A program made the position numbers and the translations under genes. This document shows, one piece after another, positions 12,904 through 26,349 of a stretch of DNA of 64,000 nt; within the stretch, counting starts at the first letter, position 1, and the number at the start of each line of letters is the position of its first letter. This DNA is from Kudoa neothunni (taxonomy: Eukaryota > Animalia > Cnidaria), in contig OZ199839.1 of the NCBI GenBank assembly GCA_964304625.1, positions 7,342,407-7,406,406 on the forward strand, written 5' to 3'. The notes beneath the pieces are model-generated. The model was not told the DNA's origin. It did no database searches and saw nothing but the letters and a program-made list of their open reading frames with translations.

Positions 12904-14948
12904 CAGTCGAGATTGGATATTGCGTGACTGGATATTGCGTAATTAGAGATTTTTAAAGTTATCCTTTAAAGAGAGAAATTTAGTTTTTTCAAATTGTTAT
13001 TATCTTATTGTAATGTAAAAATATTTGTTAACAAAAAATTTAAAAAAATTTATTAATACAAAAAGTCTCGTTATTGCGTGGAAATTTTTTATTGCGTGGT
13101 TGTTAGGCGCAGCGTGACTCGTTATTGCGTGGTTTTTTGTGGTCAATTGGTTTAATTCAGATAGTGTTTTTTCATTATGTCCCGTGAACAACGCAATATT
13201 TCAGAGAAAATGGAAATCATCCATTACTACAATTCAATAAAAACGTTGAAGGGTGCGAAATCAATGACAATTTCCAAGTTTAAATTGAGTGCTATAGTAG
13301 TCTTCTAATGAATAGTATTGTAAAATCACATTTAAGGTCATTCAACACTTGATAGAATTCTTTCGCACGAAGATAAATTCAAAAATACAGATATTGAAAG
13401 TAAAAGGAAGAGACATTCGGCAGGCAGATTCAAAAATATAGACGATGAAGTGTATGATTGGTTTGTTAAACAACGGTCGAATGGTAACGTTCTGTCAGGA
13501 GATGCCATTATCAAAAAAGCTTCTTATATTGCAAATGAAAACAAAGTTTCCAATTTTAAAGCCAGCAAGGGATGGCTTGCAGGGTTCAAGTCAAGATATG
13601 GGATAGTTTTCAAAAAGTTCCATGGCGAGGCTGCGAGTGCAGATGTTGCATCTGTCGACTCATGGATTATTGAGAACATTGATTTGATTAGAGCATATAA
13701 TCCAAAAGACGTTATTAACATCGACGAAACTGCTCTTTATTATGAGCAGTTACAAAATAGTAGTTACGTTTTAAAGGAGGAAGTCGGGATTAAGGGGAAA
13801 AAATTATCCAAAAAAAGGGTGACTGTTTTACTGTCCTCAGCTTTAAATGGGGATAAGTTCCCATTAGTTGTTATCGGGAAATTTCAAAATCCTAGATGTT
13901 TTAAAAGAGTCAAACACCTCCCTTGTGAATATTATGCACAAAAAAGTGCATGGATGACTTCTAGTATATTTATCGAAATAATGAAAAAGTTTAACCGAAG
14001 GATGATAAATCAGAATAGAAAAGTCTTAATTTTGTTGGACCAATGTCCAGGCCATCCAAAAAATATTGATTGCTTTGAAAATATCAAATTTTTGTTCTTA
14101 CCTAAAAATACAACTAGTATTTTACAACCCCTTGATTTAGGCATCATTCGCTGCCTTAAAAGCAGGTACAAAAGTTCAATGACCGAGCGAATGGTTTTAT
14201 GCGAAGATTCTATCATAAAAAAATATACATTGCTTGACTCAATGATAACATTAACTAAATGTTGGGAAAGTATTCCGCCGCAAATTATTATTAATTGCTT
14301 TAAAAAATCAAAAATATTTGGAGGTATTAAATAAAATTACGACAATAAAGTTATTATCAGTTTATAGACCAAGAAGATGTGAGTGAGATACCTCAAATCA
14401 GCAACTGTTCTCAAGGTAATATTTAACGTATACGTAATTAATTTTTTCTAGATGAAATCGAAGATTCAGAAAATATGTTTGATGACGATTATGAAGCAAC
14501 ATGCGAGGAAGAAAATAATGAGGACTTATTGCCCATAAGTGACGAATCTGACGATAGCGAATCAATCATTGAAGACATCAAAGTTTCAATTAATCAAATG
14601 AAAAATGCAGTGAACGTTCTGAGGGAAGCTTTTATTAAAGAGGATCCGAGGGGATTGTTTGATTTACATCCCATAATGGACCGAGTTTTAAAAATATCAA
14701 GAGAAAGATTCCGACAAACTAAAATTACAAGCTTTTTCGACAAAATTTGATAAATCACATTTCATTTAATTAAATAATATATTTATATATAAAAATTTGA
14801 TTTTCACTAATTGGCATCGGACGTAAACACGAAAAAATCATATTTTATAGTACAATGCGCACGCAAAGGTCTGGATATTGCGTAAAAATTTTTTATTGCG
14901 TGGGTTTTTGTTGGTCCCAGAAACCCACGCAATATCCAATCTCGACTG
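12904..14948 (+). mobile_element. pogo/Tigger DNA transposon, apparently complete (2045 bp)
   Basis: Perfect 23-bp TIRs CAGTCGAGATTGGATATTGCGTG; TA TSD at 12902-3 and 14949-50; multiple subterminal TATTGCGT repeats. Confidence 0.96.
13177..14750 (+). CDS. pogo/Tigger transposase (HTH, CENP-B/Tc5 HTH, DDE_1 DD31D, acidic tail, PIP box), 4 predicted exons, 481 aa
   Basis: Exons 13177-13288, 13337-14323, 14368-14415 and 14452-14750 join in frame via GT-AG introns. Motifs: FKASKGWL, NIDETAL, LLDQCPGH, QPLDLG and terminal QTKITSFF. Confidence 0.88.
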
Positions 14949-16735
14949 TAATCAATGACCTCGTGACATTTGAGAATCGTTACTGGTATCTTTTTTATTT
15001 CATAAATATTATACAAATCAACTGTTATACATTATTACCACTCATTTGATATATTCTGAATTATAAATATGAATTCTCTACTTAATTAGATTCCAAATTT
15101 AGACACGTGCTGTTAATGCTTGACTCAGTGTTGTTAAAGCTCGAAAAACCTTATATTATTAATTAACTTGATATTTAATATTTTAGCGGGATATTTTAGA
15201 TTTTGTATTTTTTAGTTTTAACTAATAATTTGCGAATAAACTTGAATCCTACATTTTAATTTGTGTATATTTTGAATGCGAACTCATTTGTACTCAACTT
15301 ATAAAAATTAAAAATAATACAATTTATTTGATACTTGATCTTAGGCTAGAATTTAAAATATGCAATCCAATTATTATTAATTAAATTGGTTGTAAAACAT
15401 TTTATAGGCGTTTAAATTTCCCATAATTAATTAATTAATTTTTTATTTGATTATTGTTTATTAAAATCAAGCAATTTGTTTATGGATGAACAATAATTAC
15501 AATATCTCATTTTTTAAATTCATAAAAAAAGAAAATGATATATTTCAAACGTATAATCTTTTTAATTAAAAATTCAAATGATTTAACTGAAAATTCTATA
15601 CTTATTTTACCTAAGATTAAGCACGGATCGCAATCGTACATATTTTAGTCGAGAAAGATTCCAGTTACGTAGGATCGGTGCATTACGTTCGAAATATGCT
15701 CAACCTCACAAATATTTCCTCTTTATCGATGGGTGGGAATCCGACCCCTTATAACTGCTTCCTGGAACCCTTGAGATTCGAGAGCCTCCAATCGAGAGTC
15801 TGCCTTATTAGATGAATTATAATCTCTCGTCAATCTTTTTATTCGTCCATATAATTCATCCCTAATACTACGCATTCAATCTCTACTTAGAACAACAAAC
15901 TTTCTCTAGGATTCACAACTTAGGAATATGAGGTATTTCTTAATTTATTTTTGAAAAAATAAAAAATTTAATTAATCAGTTATACCATAATTATAATTTA
16001 ATTTATATTTTTTATACCGACTTTTAAATAGGAATACCACACACAGGAATAAAGAAATATCTATATTTGATTCAATTCAATTCAAAAAACATAGGCATAA
16101 CAAATAAATTTCTAAAAGAAATAAGTCATTTTTACCATTTATAACTATCTTTGAATTTTTTAAATGAAAAATTCTTGTTAGCCAAAAAATCAAGACCTTG
16201 CGAATTCGCGATATCAGGTGATCATCCCATTATGAACTTAATCATTAAAGCGGTTAGATATATTTATAAAATCTAATAATTTTTTGTCAAACCGAACTCT
16301 TATGACTATGCTTAATAAATTGAAAAACATATCTATCTTTAAACTTTTGAAAATTTGGTATATTTCTATAACTGTTCAGTCCCAATGTTGTTTAATGCCT
16401 AGAAGTTATATAGAAACCTATTTCAAAAAGAGGAGAAAAAGATCTATAGTTCCTTTTGCAAACATCGTTAATATTGTGTTTGGAAAATGTAGCGAGCGAA
16501 AGTTAGACACGTTTTTGAATTACATAAAATAATAAAATAACCATATTTAAAATAATAAAACAATACATAACAATGCTAGGTATCTTAATATGAATAGCAT
16601 TGTTGTTGTTGTCACCGTTGTGTTGCAATTATTGTAAAACTACCAACTCTATAGACAGGTGATGATTAGGTATCTAACAGAAATCAACAAACTAAAGCAG
16701 AAACAGCTAAATCAAGTGAATAATCTGTGTTGAGA

Positions 16736-19700
16736 TCAGTAATTGGTATTCCAATGAAGGTGTGATTTTAGTCGTTTAAAAAGTGGGTTTTTAAACATCC
16801 ACCCATCAGATGAGTTCGCTTCAAAATACTAAAAAATAAGCGGGTTAATTAGGTGATTATGTTTTGTACTACTAAATCAATAATATACAGCAGGATGATA
16901 GGTTTCGCTGCTTTCTTTCCGCTTTTTAGCTTCTTCCCTTTGTTTGTCCTCAATCTTGCGAATACCATTCATTAAATAATTGAATTTCTACCGTTACATA
17001 TTTACCATTGATTTGAATTTTGTCGCATCTTTTATGTCTCCGATCTTGAGTGAATCAGTGACATTTTTCCATATACTAAAAGAGTGATAATAAAAGATAT
17101 GGTTGAGTAGAACAACAACAGTGAAACACTAATTGTCCGAAATTCTATTGACTCCGATTTTTCTAAATTTTATTCTGACGTTAATAAATACAATTCCATG
17201 TAAATGTTTTTTCTATAAAAATTCGATTAAAAGTAAGCGTGTTGCAAACGCTCCCTCGTAATTGAAGTGTTTATTAATTAGTCCATAAAACTTTGATCCT
17301 ATCTGTGTAGGTGTATTAATGAAATTTTGCTAATTTTCAACAACTCAAAACACTATACAAAGAACATTAAGAGTTGCCTAAAATAAACTATGGCAGATAA
17401 TAAAGAATGAACTGTATCTTTAATTCATAAATAGAAGCTTTCTGGATTAAAAATAACACTCGTGCAAATTTACACGGCATTTAACATTTGACATTAAAAC
17501 TTTTCGACCCAGTATAAAAAGTTTCTCTTACTCAAACTCTAAATCATCATCTTATGAATAATGATGATGTAGAGAATGGTAGTTTTATTTGACAATTAGA
17601 GTATCACTGTATATGTGAGGTTTAGGGTGAATTGTGAGAAAAATATCATACGTTCTTGATTCATTGGGATTTTGTTGGGACAGTGAACGAACATATTTTC
17701 TACATGTAGGTTCGGTAATAGTATTAAAAAATTCTTCGGTCACATTTGTTTCATTCTACCGCACAAAGTCAACAACTACTCGATCTACGACCAACTAAAC
17801 TCGAACTACATTTTTTATATTCATGACACCATTCCACTCTCCACTGATAGTGTAGATCGGTTTTTTGTTAACGCCATCGTACACATGACCGGATATGCGA
17901 TGTCGTTTTCCACTATAAAAAGGCTAACGAGAGCTAATTACAACCCGACTTGCGTGTAAAATCACTCATTTACTTTTGTATGAAATTCAACACAACAATG
18001 CATTCCAGTTTGTTCGCAGCTTATCTTACAAGAACCGCCAAACTCAAACCATGGCACAGTGAGGATATTTCTCCCGTAGCCGCTAGGGAGTGTTAGCACG
18101 TACTCCTCGTGATGATCCATCAAATATAGCACTCCATTGCCAATGTTATGCACACCAATAGACAGTCCTAAAAACTTGGACTTTGTCCACAGGTGACAAT
18201 TAAAGCAAACTCCATGCTCTTCACTCTCAGCATATATTCCACTAACTACAATCAACATAAATAGAATTAAGAAAGATGACCAATATATAGAAAGCTATAA
18301 GGCGACCAGATATTTTCACCTCAAACAACACAACATCGGACAAAATCTTTTCAGCCAAAAAAATGCTAAAAACACTTAACATATATATTTAAAAAACGTG
18401 TCTGTTAACTCTTAAAGCTGACCTTGGTATCCTCCAAGCGTCCACATCTACTGTTTTGATGTAGAAATTATTAGATTTTTTGTATTTTCACCAAGAGTTT
18501 AACTAATTTTAATACATCAGTCGATCGGAAATACTTTTTTAAAGTGGACAAAAACACGTTATTTTTAGAAATTTTGACGACCAAATTTATGGACGAATAA
18601 TACAAACGGGGGATGGTGAATCATAAGGTTGTCTTCAAGGGATTAATTAGCGTATTTATAAAGATTCATTGCCACTATTCAAATCAAGCAAAAAATTGTT
18701 TCACTTTTAAATCGAATAATAAAATCTTTTAAAATAAGAATGCGTTATACGCAAAATATGCATATCGTTGGTAATTATAAAAAAATAATAGATTTCTGAA
18801 TATTTACAAACTTTAACAAGGAAAATTGGTCAAAATATGCATCAAAGACACGAATTCAAAAAATAGAACAAAAAGGGCAAAGGCTATTGGCATGGTAAAC
18901 ATTAATCTTAAAATATACGCTTAATTGTACAATAAAAATTTTTAATCCAATTAGCTCTCGCTCAAAAACTACATATAGATTTAATTTTTTAAATTCTGTT
19001 ATATTGAATTATTTCTGTCCCGCTGCTTCATTCTTAAGGGCTAGAAATAATTAAATACAGTAAAAATTAGTAACCCCTGAATATTATTTGCAGTGCCAAT
19101 AGCCATTTCAATGAAAAGAATAAATTTGGAATTAAGATGTGCTTTATTTTTGTCTACAATCTAAGAGAGTAATCTGATACGCAATATTTGTCATAAATTA
19201 ACCCTCGAATGCCTTCAGGTGACTATTCAGCGCTTATTATATCAATAGCATAGCTTTTACAAAATGTTTTATTTCTTTTTTTCTCGTTGTGTATTTTATA
19301 TTACAATGGTACTCTTAAAAATACTTAAATAATGGAGTTTTACGTTTAATTTTTTCGCTTAAAATCAACAAATGAATAAAAGTTCCAGTTATACAAGAAT
19401 ATGCCCCCCAAACAAAACAACGTTTGGAGAGTTAAAAAATATAAAAAAGCATTTCTGCAGTAGAATAAAAATTCTAAATGTACATTGAAGCGAGGAATTT
19501 TTTAAAATTCATTTTATTGTTTCCAAAACCACCTTATTCTGTTAACTAATTTAATCTGGCATGTAAATCGTGCGCAGATTATAATAATTTTGTTAAATTA
19601 CATATCAACAAAAGTAGCAAAATAAATTAAATAAGGTTGTTTAAAGTTTAATTTGAACTATCTTATCATAACTTAAAAATCCTTATATTATATATCTATA

Positions 19701-22700
19701 TAGATATACATAATAAAGTTCTTATGTCTGTCAGTGTGTGTGAGTTTGCAGCAGTACGTACGTGTCACGAATAAACATTTGTTAAATACAACCTTTATTT
19801 TGCATTTGAATAAATAATGTCATTAATAAAAATCGTTCATTCACTCAGAAGTATAACTATAGTCAATAACACAGTCCGAAGTAAGGAATTTTCTGGTTGT
19901 CTTCACAAATAGCAGATTAGAAAGTACCTGAATAATATTGGTTTGTTTACTTCAGAATGATATTCAATTAAAATGAACTTTTACTCATTATATAGAAAAA
20001 GAATCTCTTAATTATGGTATAGAATGTTCAAAAAATTTTACATATACATGTTTGGAATCATTTAAGACGGATAATGTCACTAGAGCCATATCTACAAGAG
20101 ATGTAGTATTTACCTTAAAATTTGGAGCATAACCAAATCATTTAGGATGCATTTTCACTATTCAAGCGTTGTGGATATAGTTAAACGAAAAAGAGTATGA
20201 TCATTTTAAATAAAACACCTAATTTGAGATTACAAGTAGTTGCCACGTTGGAATAATATTGGTCTCTATACTCTATACGCATTCTAAAAACGATGTAGTA
20301 AGATGTGTGTAGATTTTTTAAACAATTAAATTTTTGTGATAGCTTCTTAAATGAAAATTATGCTCCATTGGAATTCTTGAGGTGTGAACACTTCTTTTTA
20401 TCAAATATATCGATTGAAATTATATTCGTCTTTTCGATAAGTTTCTATATTTGATGAGATAATTTGTTAAATAATGTTTAAGTTCTTATCAACCAAATTA
20501 ATCCATATCACAGACCTTAAGATAAATATTCAAATCTATATATTGTTTTCTTTAGGCTCGCATTAATTCATTATGATATAAAAGCTGCATAAAAATATGC
20601 GGCACCGCATTCTATAAGTAGTTTAATAATTTATGTTCACGATTACTTTTACAGAAAATACAGTCCCTTCTCAATATGTGACTTGTAAGTTAATAAGAAA
20701 TTATTGGTCTATTAGATCTAACCGATATTTTCACAAAGTTTCCGTTAATCTAAGAATAGCTCGATACGAAGAGATTTTTTTAGAGCAATCAAACAGTACG
20801 TTAATTTTTAAAAGGGTGCATTCCTTCAAGAAAACCAGTTGATATTTAAATATTTTAGCATTACTGTAATTTTTCAAACCAAAAACACCTTTACACTTTT
20901 GATTTAATCATGTTTTGTTAATTAAATAATGTGTGTATTTTTGAACCAGTAAGTATTCTTGATAAAAAGCAAAGTTGGATTTATTTATAAATCGGGAAAT
21001 TTTGTTACAGTAGTGAATACGTAAGTTACCGCTCACAGCTTTTTAAAACATCATTGGCATTATTATAAAATCGCAAAAAGGAGTAACAATTAATATTTAT
21101 ATTTCGGAGGTATCTTAGGTTGATTTTATTTATTTTATCGTTTGTAGACTAATAATAAATTTTATAACTAGAAGGATTAATTTTTATCTCAAAATTTTGA
21201 AAAGAGCTGAAAGTCCTATTTAAGTTACTTAATGATTTTTTAATAAATAACTGAACTTTAATCGTTATTTAAATTGCTCTTAAAATTAAGATAATTATAA
21301 TCTGTAAAATAAACTTAAAATTACTCATTAATTTCCCTCAATACCTCTATTTATATTTGAATATAAAGTGGGGGAATAATTTTGTTTTTCTATATCATCA
21401 CATTGCAAAAATAATGACAAGCTTTAAAATGCATCGATTACAATAGAAATATCCAATTTACAGGGTTTAAAGTTCTAATTAGACAAACTCTTCCATAGAA
21501 TTACTTCATTCAATAATAAAATTAAAAGTTGAAATTTTCCATCACACTGTACCAGGCAAAATTGGGCATTGGCGCTATTTATTTAAAAATCAAAAAGGCT
21601 TTAGTCTGCGCAAGGAAGCCTTTGCGAAATGGGGCTTTTGCGCTAGTATACATACATATATTTCTTATTCATAAATTAATTTACAGGTAAAAATTTACAC
21701 ATTTCTGTCAACAGCGGAAGAGATTTCCCCATAAAATCATGGATTTTGATAATGGTAAAATGAAAATGTGAAAAATGAAGCAATAATAAACCAGCTTATT
21801 TCTAATCTTTCACGCAACTCAAAGCAAAGTATGTACAGGCAGAATTATTCCTGTTTTGTGCGCATGCGAAAATAAACGAAAAATGCATCTTTGATTTATT
21901 TGTAATAAATTTATTGTATTTTAAAGTGTAAAAAATAATGTGAATAATTATGTTCCTAACCTTAGATGCAATGATTCTAATTATATTACAGTAAGAAACC
22001 AATTTCACGTAATCCCCTCGGGATCCAGGAGAAAAGTGCGTAAAACCGGTCACGTCCACTTTCACGCACTTACGTGCGCAATTATTTCCGAACAAATTGT
22101 CATTTAATAATGATTAAATTGCGTTTATAAAGGCTAATTAACTATATATTCATTTTTAAACGATAATTAAAACTCAAGAAACGTGTTAACAGCACAAAAA
22201 TATTTTTCAACGATCTATGAAATACTCTTCTTGTTGCTATCGGTAGAATAAGACAGTTTGTCTATATTTTAAATATAATTTTCAGAGTATCTTTTAAAAA
22301 ATGTTCTGAATTAATTGGTCTATTACGAAGTAGTTTCAGATGTAGCAACAGTAGATTAACTAATAAAATTTGATTTTTTAATGTTGGGCCTTTTATTTAA
22401 ACAACCAAACCCTCAACTAATTGCACACGAAGGTAAATTATTTTCTTTTCTTTGACAAATTGATGTCTCTTGATGATTATTGTGACGACGCTTACTACAA
22501 TCTTTCTGATTCGTGATTCGTGTCCACTCACACACATTTTCATCAACAGAATAAAATTGTCTTGCATCCAAATGATTTCTATTTTTAGATTACACAACCA
22601 TTTATAGGTTTTGATTATTTTATTTTTCATCTCTAGGATGCCATTAGGAGTCGGGATAATGGATATTTTAAAATGTGATACAGTGGCAGTTTTTGGGTCG

Positions 22701-24650
22701 TTAGATTGAAGACTTTCATAATAATTAGTAATATTGTACTCTTCGATAATAGATATAGTTTAGGAGTTTGTTGGCAGTTAACATTGGTCTAATCAACTAA
22801 TAAACAAGAAGTACCCAGAAAAGTGCGTGGAAATTGGCAAATCACATTACTTGTACTTACGTTATTTAGCATCTTTTTAAGATAATTTTTATAAAATTTT
22901 TGATTGAAATATTATAATAAACAATGACTAATCAATATTCTAACTAAATTGGTTTTTAAAAAGTGCGTGAAATTGGTTATTTGCTGTAATACATATTTGC
23001 ATGCGGTCACAATGGCCACCTCCAGGTTCTCGTGTAAACTTTACCTCAGGTGTTCGAGGGTTAAAACTCAATTTTAAAATTGAATGTACAAGCACGAACT
23101 TTCTCATCGCAAATGATTCACTATTGTTTTGATATAAATTTATAAAACTGTAACTAAATTCTCACCATTAAATATAATTAAACGTAATTAAACATAATTA
23201 GTGAATCAAATTAGTTGACACAATAATATATTATCTTTGTTACCATATATAATAAATATTACACACGAAAATACGTTAAAATACGTTAAGTTAAAATGCC
23301 CCCATATCGAATATCTATCTAATGACTTTTAAATTAATGCAAGTAGACATCCCGATATTAGAAAAAATAAATTAACCACAATCTCATTTGATTTATATCA
23401 TGAATCAGAAAGTTGTCCGATTAAATTTGAGGAAAAAGTCGGCCCTCATTCAACAAACAATTATCAATTTACTTGGTGGATGATGTGAAACTTGTTCGCT
23501 AACAAATGAAACATCTCCTTTCTGTGCCCACGGGATAGGAGAATCGGATGCACAAGCATCAGTCTACATCACCGATCGAACAAAAATGCTGTAATACAAT
23601 GACTGAATCAAACTTACGTTTAAACGATCTGGCATTCTGTACAAGCATTTAAACACTTCTCCAATAATAGGGTTGTAAGGTTTTTTGGCCACTGAACCCT
23701 AACATAAAAACAACGTTTGGAGACGAATTTACGATATCTACCATAAAAACAATCAATTACCCGTCTCCCAGCGTGAAAACTTGACAAATAAAATTTCAAA
23801 GCACCAAGCATTCTTTCCATCGGAGTGGGTAATTTTGGTATGCTACAAACAATAACTTACACCACTCAAAACCACACACACAATATCACCTAGTAAAGAG
23901 GTATGGATGAGCAAAAAACTCCGAATACATCTCCAACAATGATCTCCTCTCAAGAATAAAAGTTGGCAAGGTGATCTTTGTAAGATCCATGCCAATTTTT
24001 ACTTGAGACAACAAATGAGTTATCACACTGTGACCATCTTCATTGCCTATAGATTTGGTGATGTAATATCAATAACACACATAAGCCACATCGAATTATT
24101 CCCTTGTGTTTCGATAGCACAAGAACAATCGTTGGTTAAATGTGATGAGAATCAGTTGATTCTCATCACAAATTTCAATAATCAGACAAAAATAAGAATA
24201 ATCCAATTGCTAATTACAGCGATCAGGAATTTCAAACGGATCCTCTTCGTTGCCATATTCGATGTTGTTATCCAATTCCACTTTGGAGAGGCTTGTGTTA
24301 CTTTCACCTTGAACGCCATTATTGCATTCGGCCATATTACACAATATAAACCGTTGATTGATTGAAATCCAGCATCGTCATCCGATAATGCCATACATTT
24401 ATCATTAACTTTGGAACTGTTCACTTTGGAGATCCGAAATTTAACCAAACCATTCATCCATAAAAAATAATTACTATTTTCTACACCTGACATAACCGAT
24501 ACACACGCAGGCCCGCAATCAACAAGCAATGATACCCTTTCCGACTCTTTACGACTTTACTTAACCAAATTCGTTATCTTCTTCATTTGATTCATTAGTT
24601 ACTTTTAATGTTGGACAATTTGACTTGGATTTATCGGAATTTTCCTCAAA
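16736..24650 (-). CDS. OSBPL9: Oxysterol-binding protein-related protein 9-like (ORD domain), multi-exon; 5' end uncertain
   Basis: Spliced translation gives [97 protein letters not shown] and GEWNG, closely matching ORP9. One 5.2-kb intron (18246-23472); TGA at 16736. Confidence 0.9.
19202..23060 (-). mobile_element. Degenerate piggyBac-like element in OSBPL9 intron, carrying a nested Helitron
   Basis: TTAA|CCCTCGAATGCCT ... AGGTGTTCGAGGG|TTAA; relic FYSVDE motif on the minus strand near 22540-22560. Confidence 0.65.
19695..21646 (+). mobile_element. Non-autonomous Helitron (~1.95 kb)
   Basis: A|TC start; ends GGAAGCCTTTGCGAAATGGGGCTTTTGCGCTAG|T; paralogous to 2640-4610. Confidence 0.85.
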
Positions 24651-25887
24651 CTATTAAATGTGCTTTGGTGCGGTTGTAACCATTGATGACGAATAATCAC
24701 CATGGGAAACCACTTATTTCAATGTTGTTACTGAGATGAACATTATCGATAAAGTCACAGTTACTTTCAGTTATTTGTGAGGATGTAGATAAAACCCCCT
24801 TTTAAATATACGGAGATGAGAGTGTGTTCTGTAGGTAGATAAGATGTTATCTTGTTGTTCATTATCTCCTGAAACGTTCGGTCCGTTATAGAGGACCTGT
24901 TCAAAGATCGTATTAGTTGTTGTTATCGAATGAAGTTTAATTGGAAAATTATTGTTACAAATAATACTGTTGTTTGAGGTTATGTTTTTGTTGCAATTAT
25001 ATGTGAGAAACTCAACAAATGTTCTATTTTAATGGATAATTTATTTTTTTTCGACGAACAAATGTGTTAACCGTTGAAACCTAGCGTATGCATTTGTTCC
25101 AAATAATCAAATCTTAATTCTCGCACTTCGCCTCGGTCTTATAATATTCAAATTATTCAATAGTCAATAGTGGTAAGTACACATTTAATCCACGTTAAGA
25201 TTAAATACTTTAAAGTCTGAATTGTTTATTGTTTTATAATTGGTTTACTCGCCGATTAACAACGATGTTTTTAAATCGATGTTAAATATTTGTATGATAT
25301 TAAAACAACGATGTCAAGTAGGATTATTCTGAAAATAACTTGGTTTTTATCGAGCTGTATTGAAAACTTAGCTAATACAAATTATTAATAAAATTTATCG
25401 TTATTCACAAAAAACAATTTCATAAAACAAACTGGGGTTCAACATAACAAAATTTGTGCAGTGTATAAATTAGGGTTTAGACAATAGTTAAAGCTCAGAA
25501 TATAAAAATAATGATCTAATAATTATAAAGTTTATTATTCTTTTAAATTATAATATTTATTGCTTACAAATATTTATATGGGTTATTTAGGAATAATGTA
25601 GCCATTAAGCTTCTAAGTCAAGTCACATGAAAATTTACACCCTCCAAGTATCATTAGTATAATTGGAATCAAAAACATCCCACGTTTCTATTTGAAAAAA
25701 TATTCTAAAAAATGATAATTTGGATTTTCAGAAGTTTTTAAAATATTTGAGAGATCCGTATATACTCAGTTATTTCATAAATGTCATCATGAAATATTGT
25801 GCGCGCATGTGAGAATGATAAAGAAATATTTGAACCACTGCGTATTTGTGTGTATTACGCTTGAACTCACATATTTTCTATAAATAT

Positions 25888-26185
25888 TGTTGGGTCTCCG
25901 ACTTCTCCAGTTTAGCGCGGGAAACATTTGGGCGGCCGCGGGGTCAACACTTACAAACTATTTCCCTCATAATCCAAACCGTGTTTGACCCCGGGTTCTC
26001 CACCACGACAGCTCTAGTCTTAGACCTACGAGTTGCTTACGGAGCTTTTGGGTCTAAGCCGAACGTAGAAGACCCCGAATCACCAGCCCCTCCCTCACCC
26101 TATATAAACCACCTCGTGATTAGAGTATTGATTGTCTTGTTTATTTCTTAGTTGAGTCTCCCTCTTTTGCATTTTTGGCGCGACA
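25888..26185. other. GC-rich structured island; solo-LTR-like or ncRNA
   Basis: Begins TGT and ends ACA; CCCTATATAAA at ~26098-26108; several long inverted repeats; no TSD found. Confidence 0.4.
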
Positions 26186-26349
26186 TTTCAAATATAACTC
26201 AAAATCCAGCTTATTTAACTAAATTAATTCTTTATTTAATTTGCGCTTAAGTGATAATAAATATCATAATCCTGACATAGACACCTGCGGAAAACCTTTA
26301 GCGTAGATAGATAGATAGATAGATACGCTTAAAATGTTCATTAGGGCGA

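Larger units (their letters stand above)
11913..15003 (-). pseudogene. Tc1/IS630-like DD34E transposase, split and with premature stops
   Basis: HTH region, then FIFID*VGF (TAA at 12471-12473 where E is expected), ILDN..H and YLPPYSPFLNPIE, with 34 residues between D and E. Removing 12904-14948 and one TA restores the frame (…VTRSLI|INQCEKK…). Confidence 0.9.
11635..15153 (-). mobile_element. Tc1/IS630-type (DD34E) transposon interrupted by a pogo/Tigger element
   Basis: ~50-bp imperfect TIRs (TAGGGTTTTCCGAGCTTTAACAACACTGTGTCAAGCATTAAC vs TAAGGTTTTTCGAGCTTTAACAACACTGAGTCAAGCATTAAC) flanked by TA. Confidence 0.92.

Noticed and set aside
24100-24175. Intronic C/D snoRNA (GTGATGA ... CTGA)
   Set aside because: The two boxes are 7 nt apart inside a perfect palindrome, and there is no distal D box.
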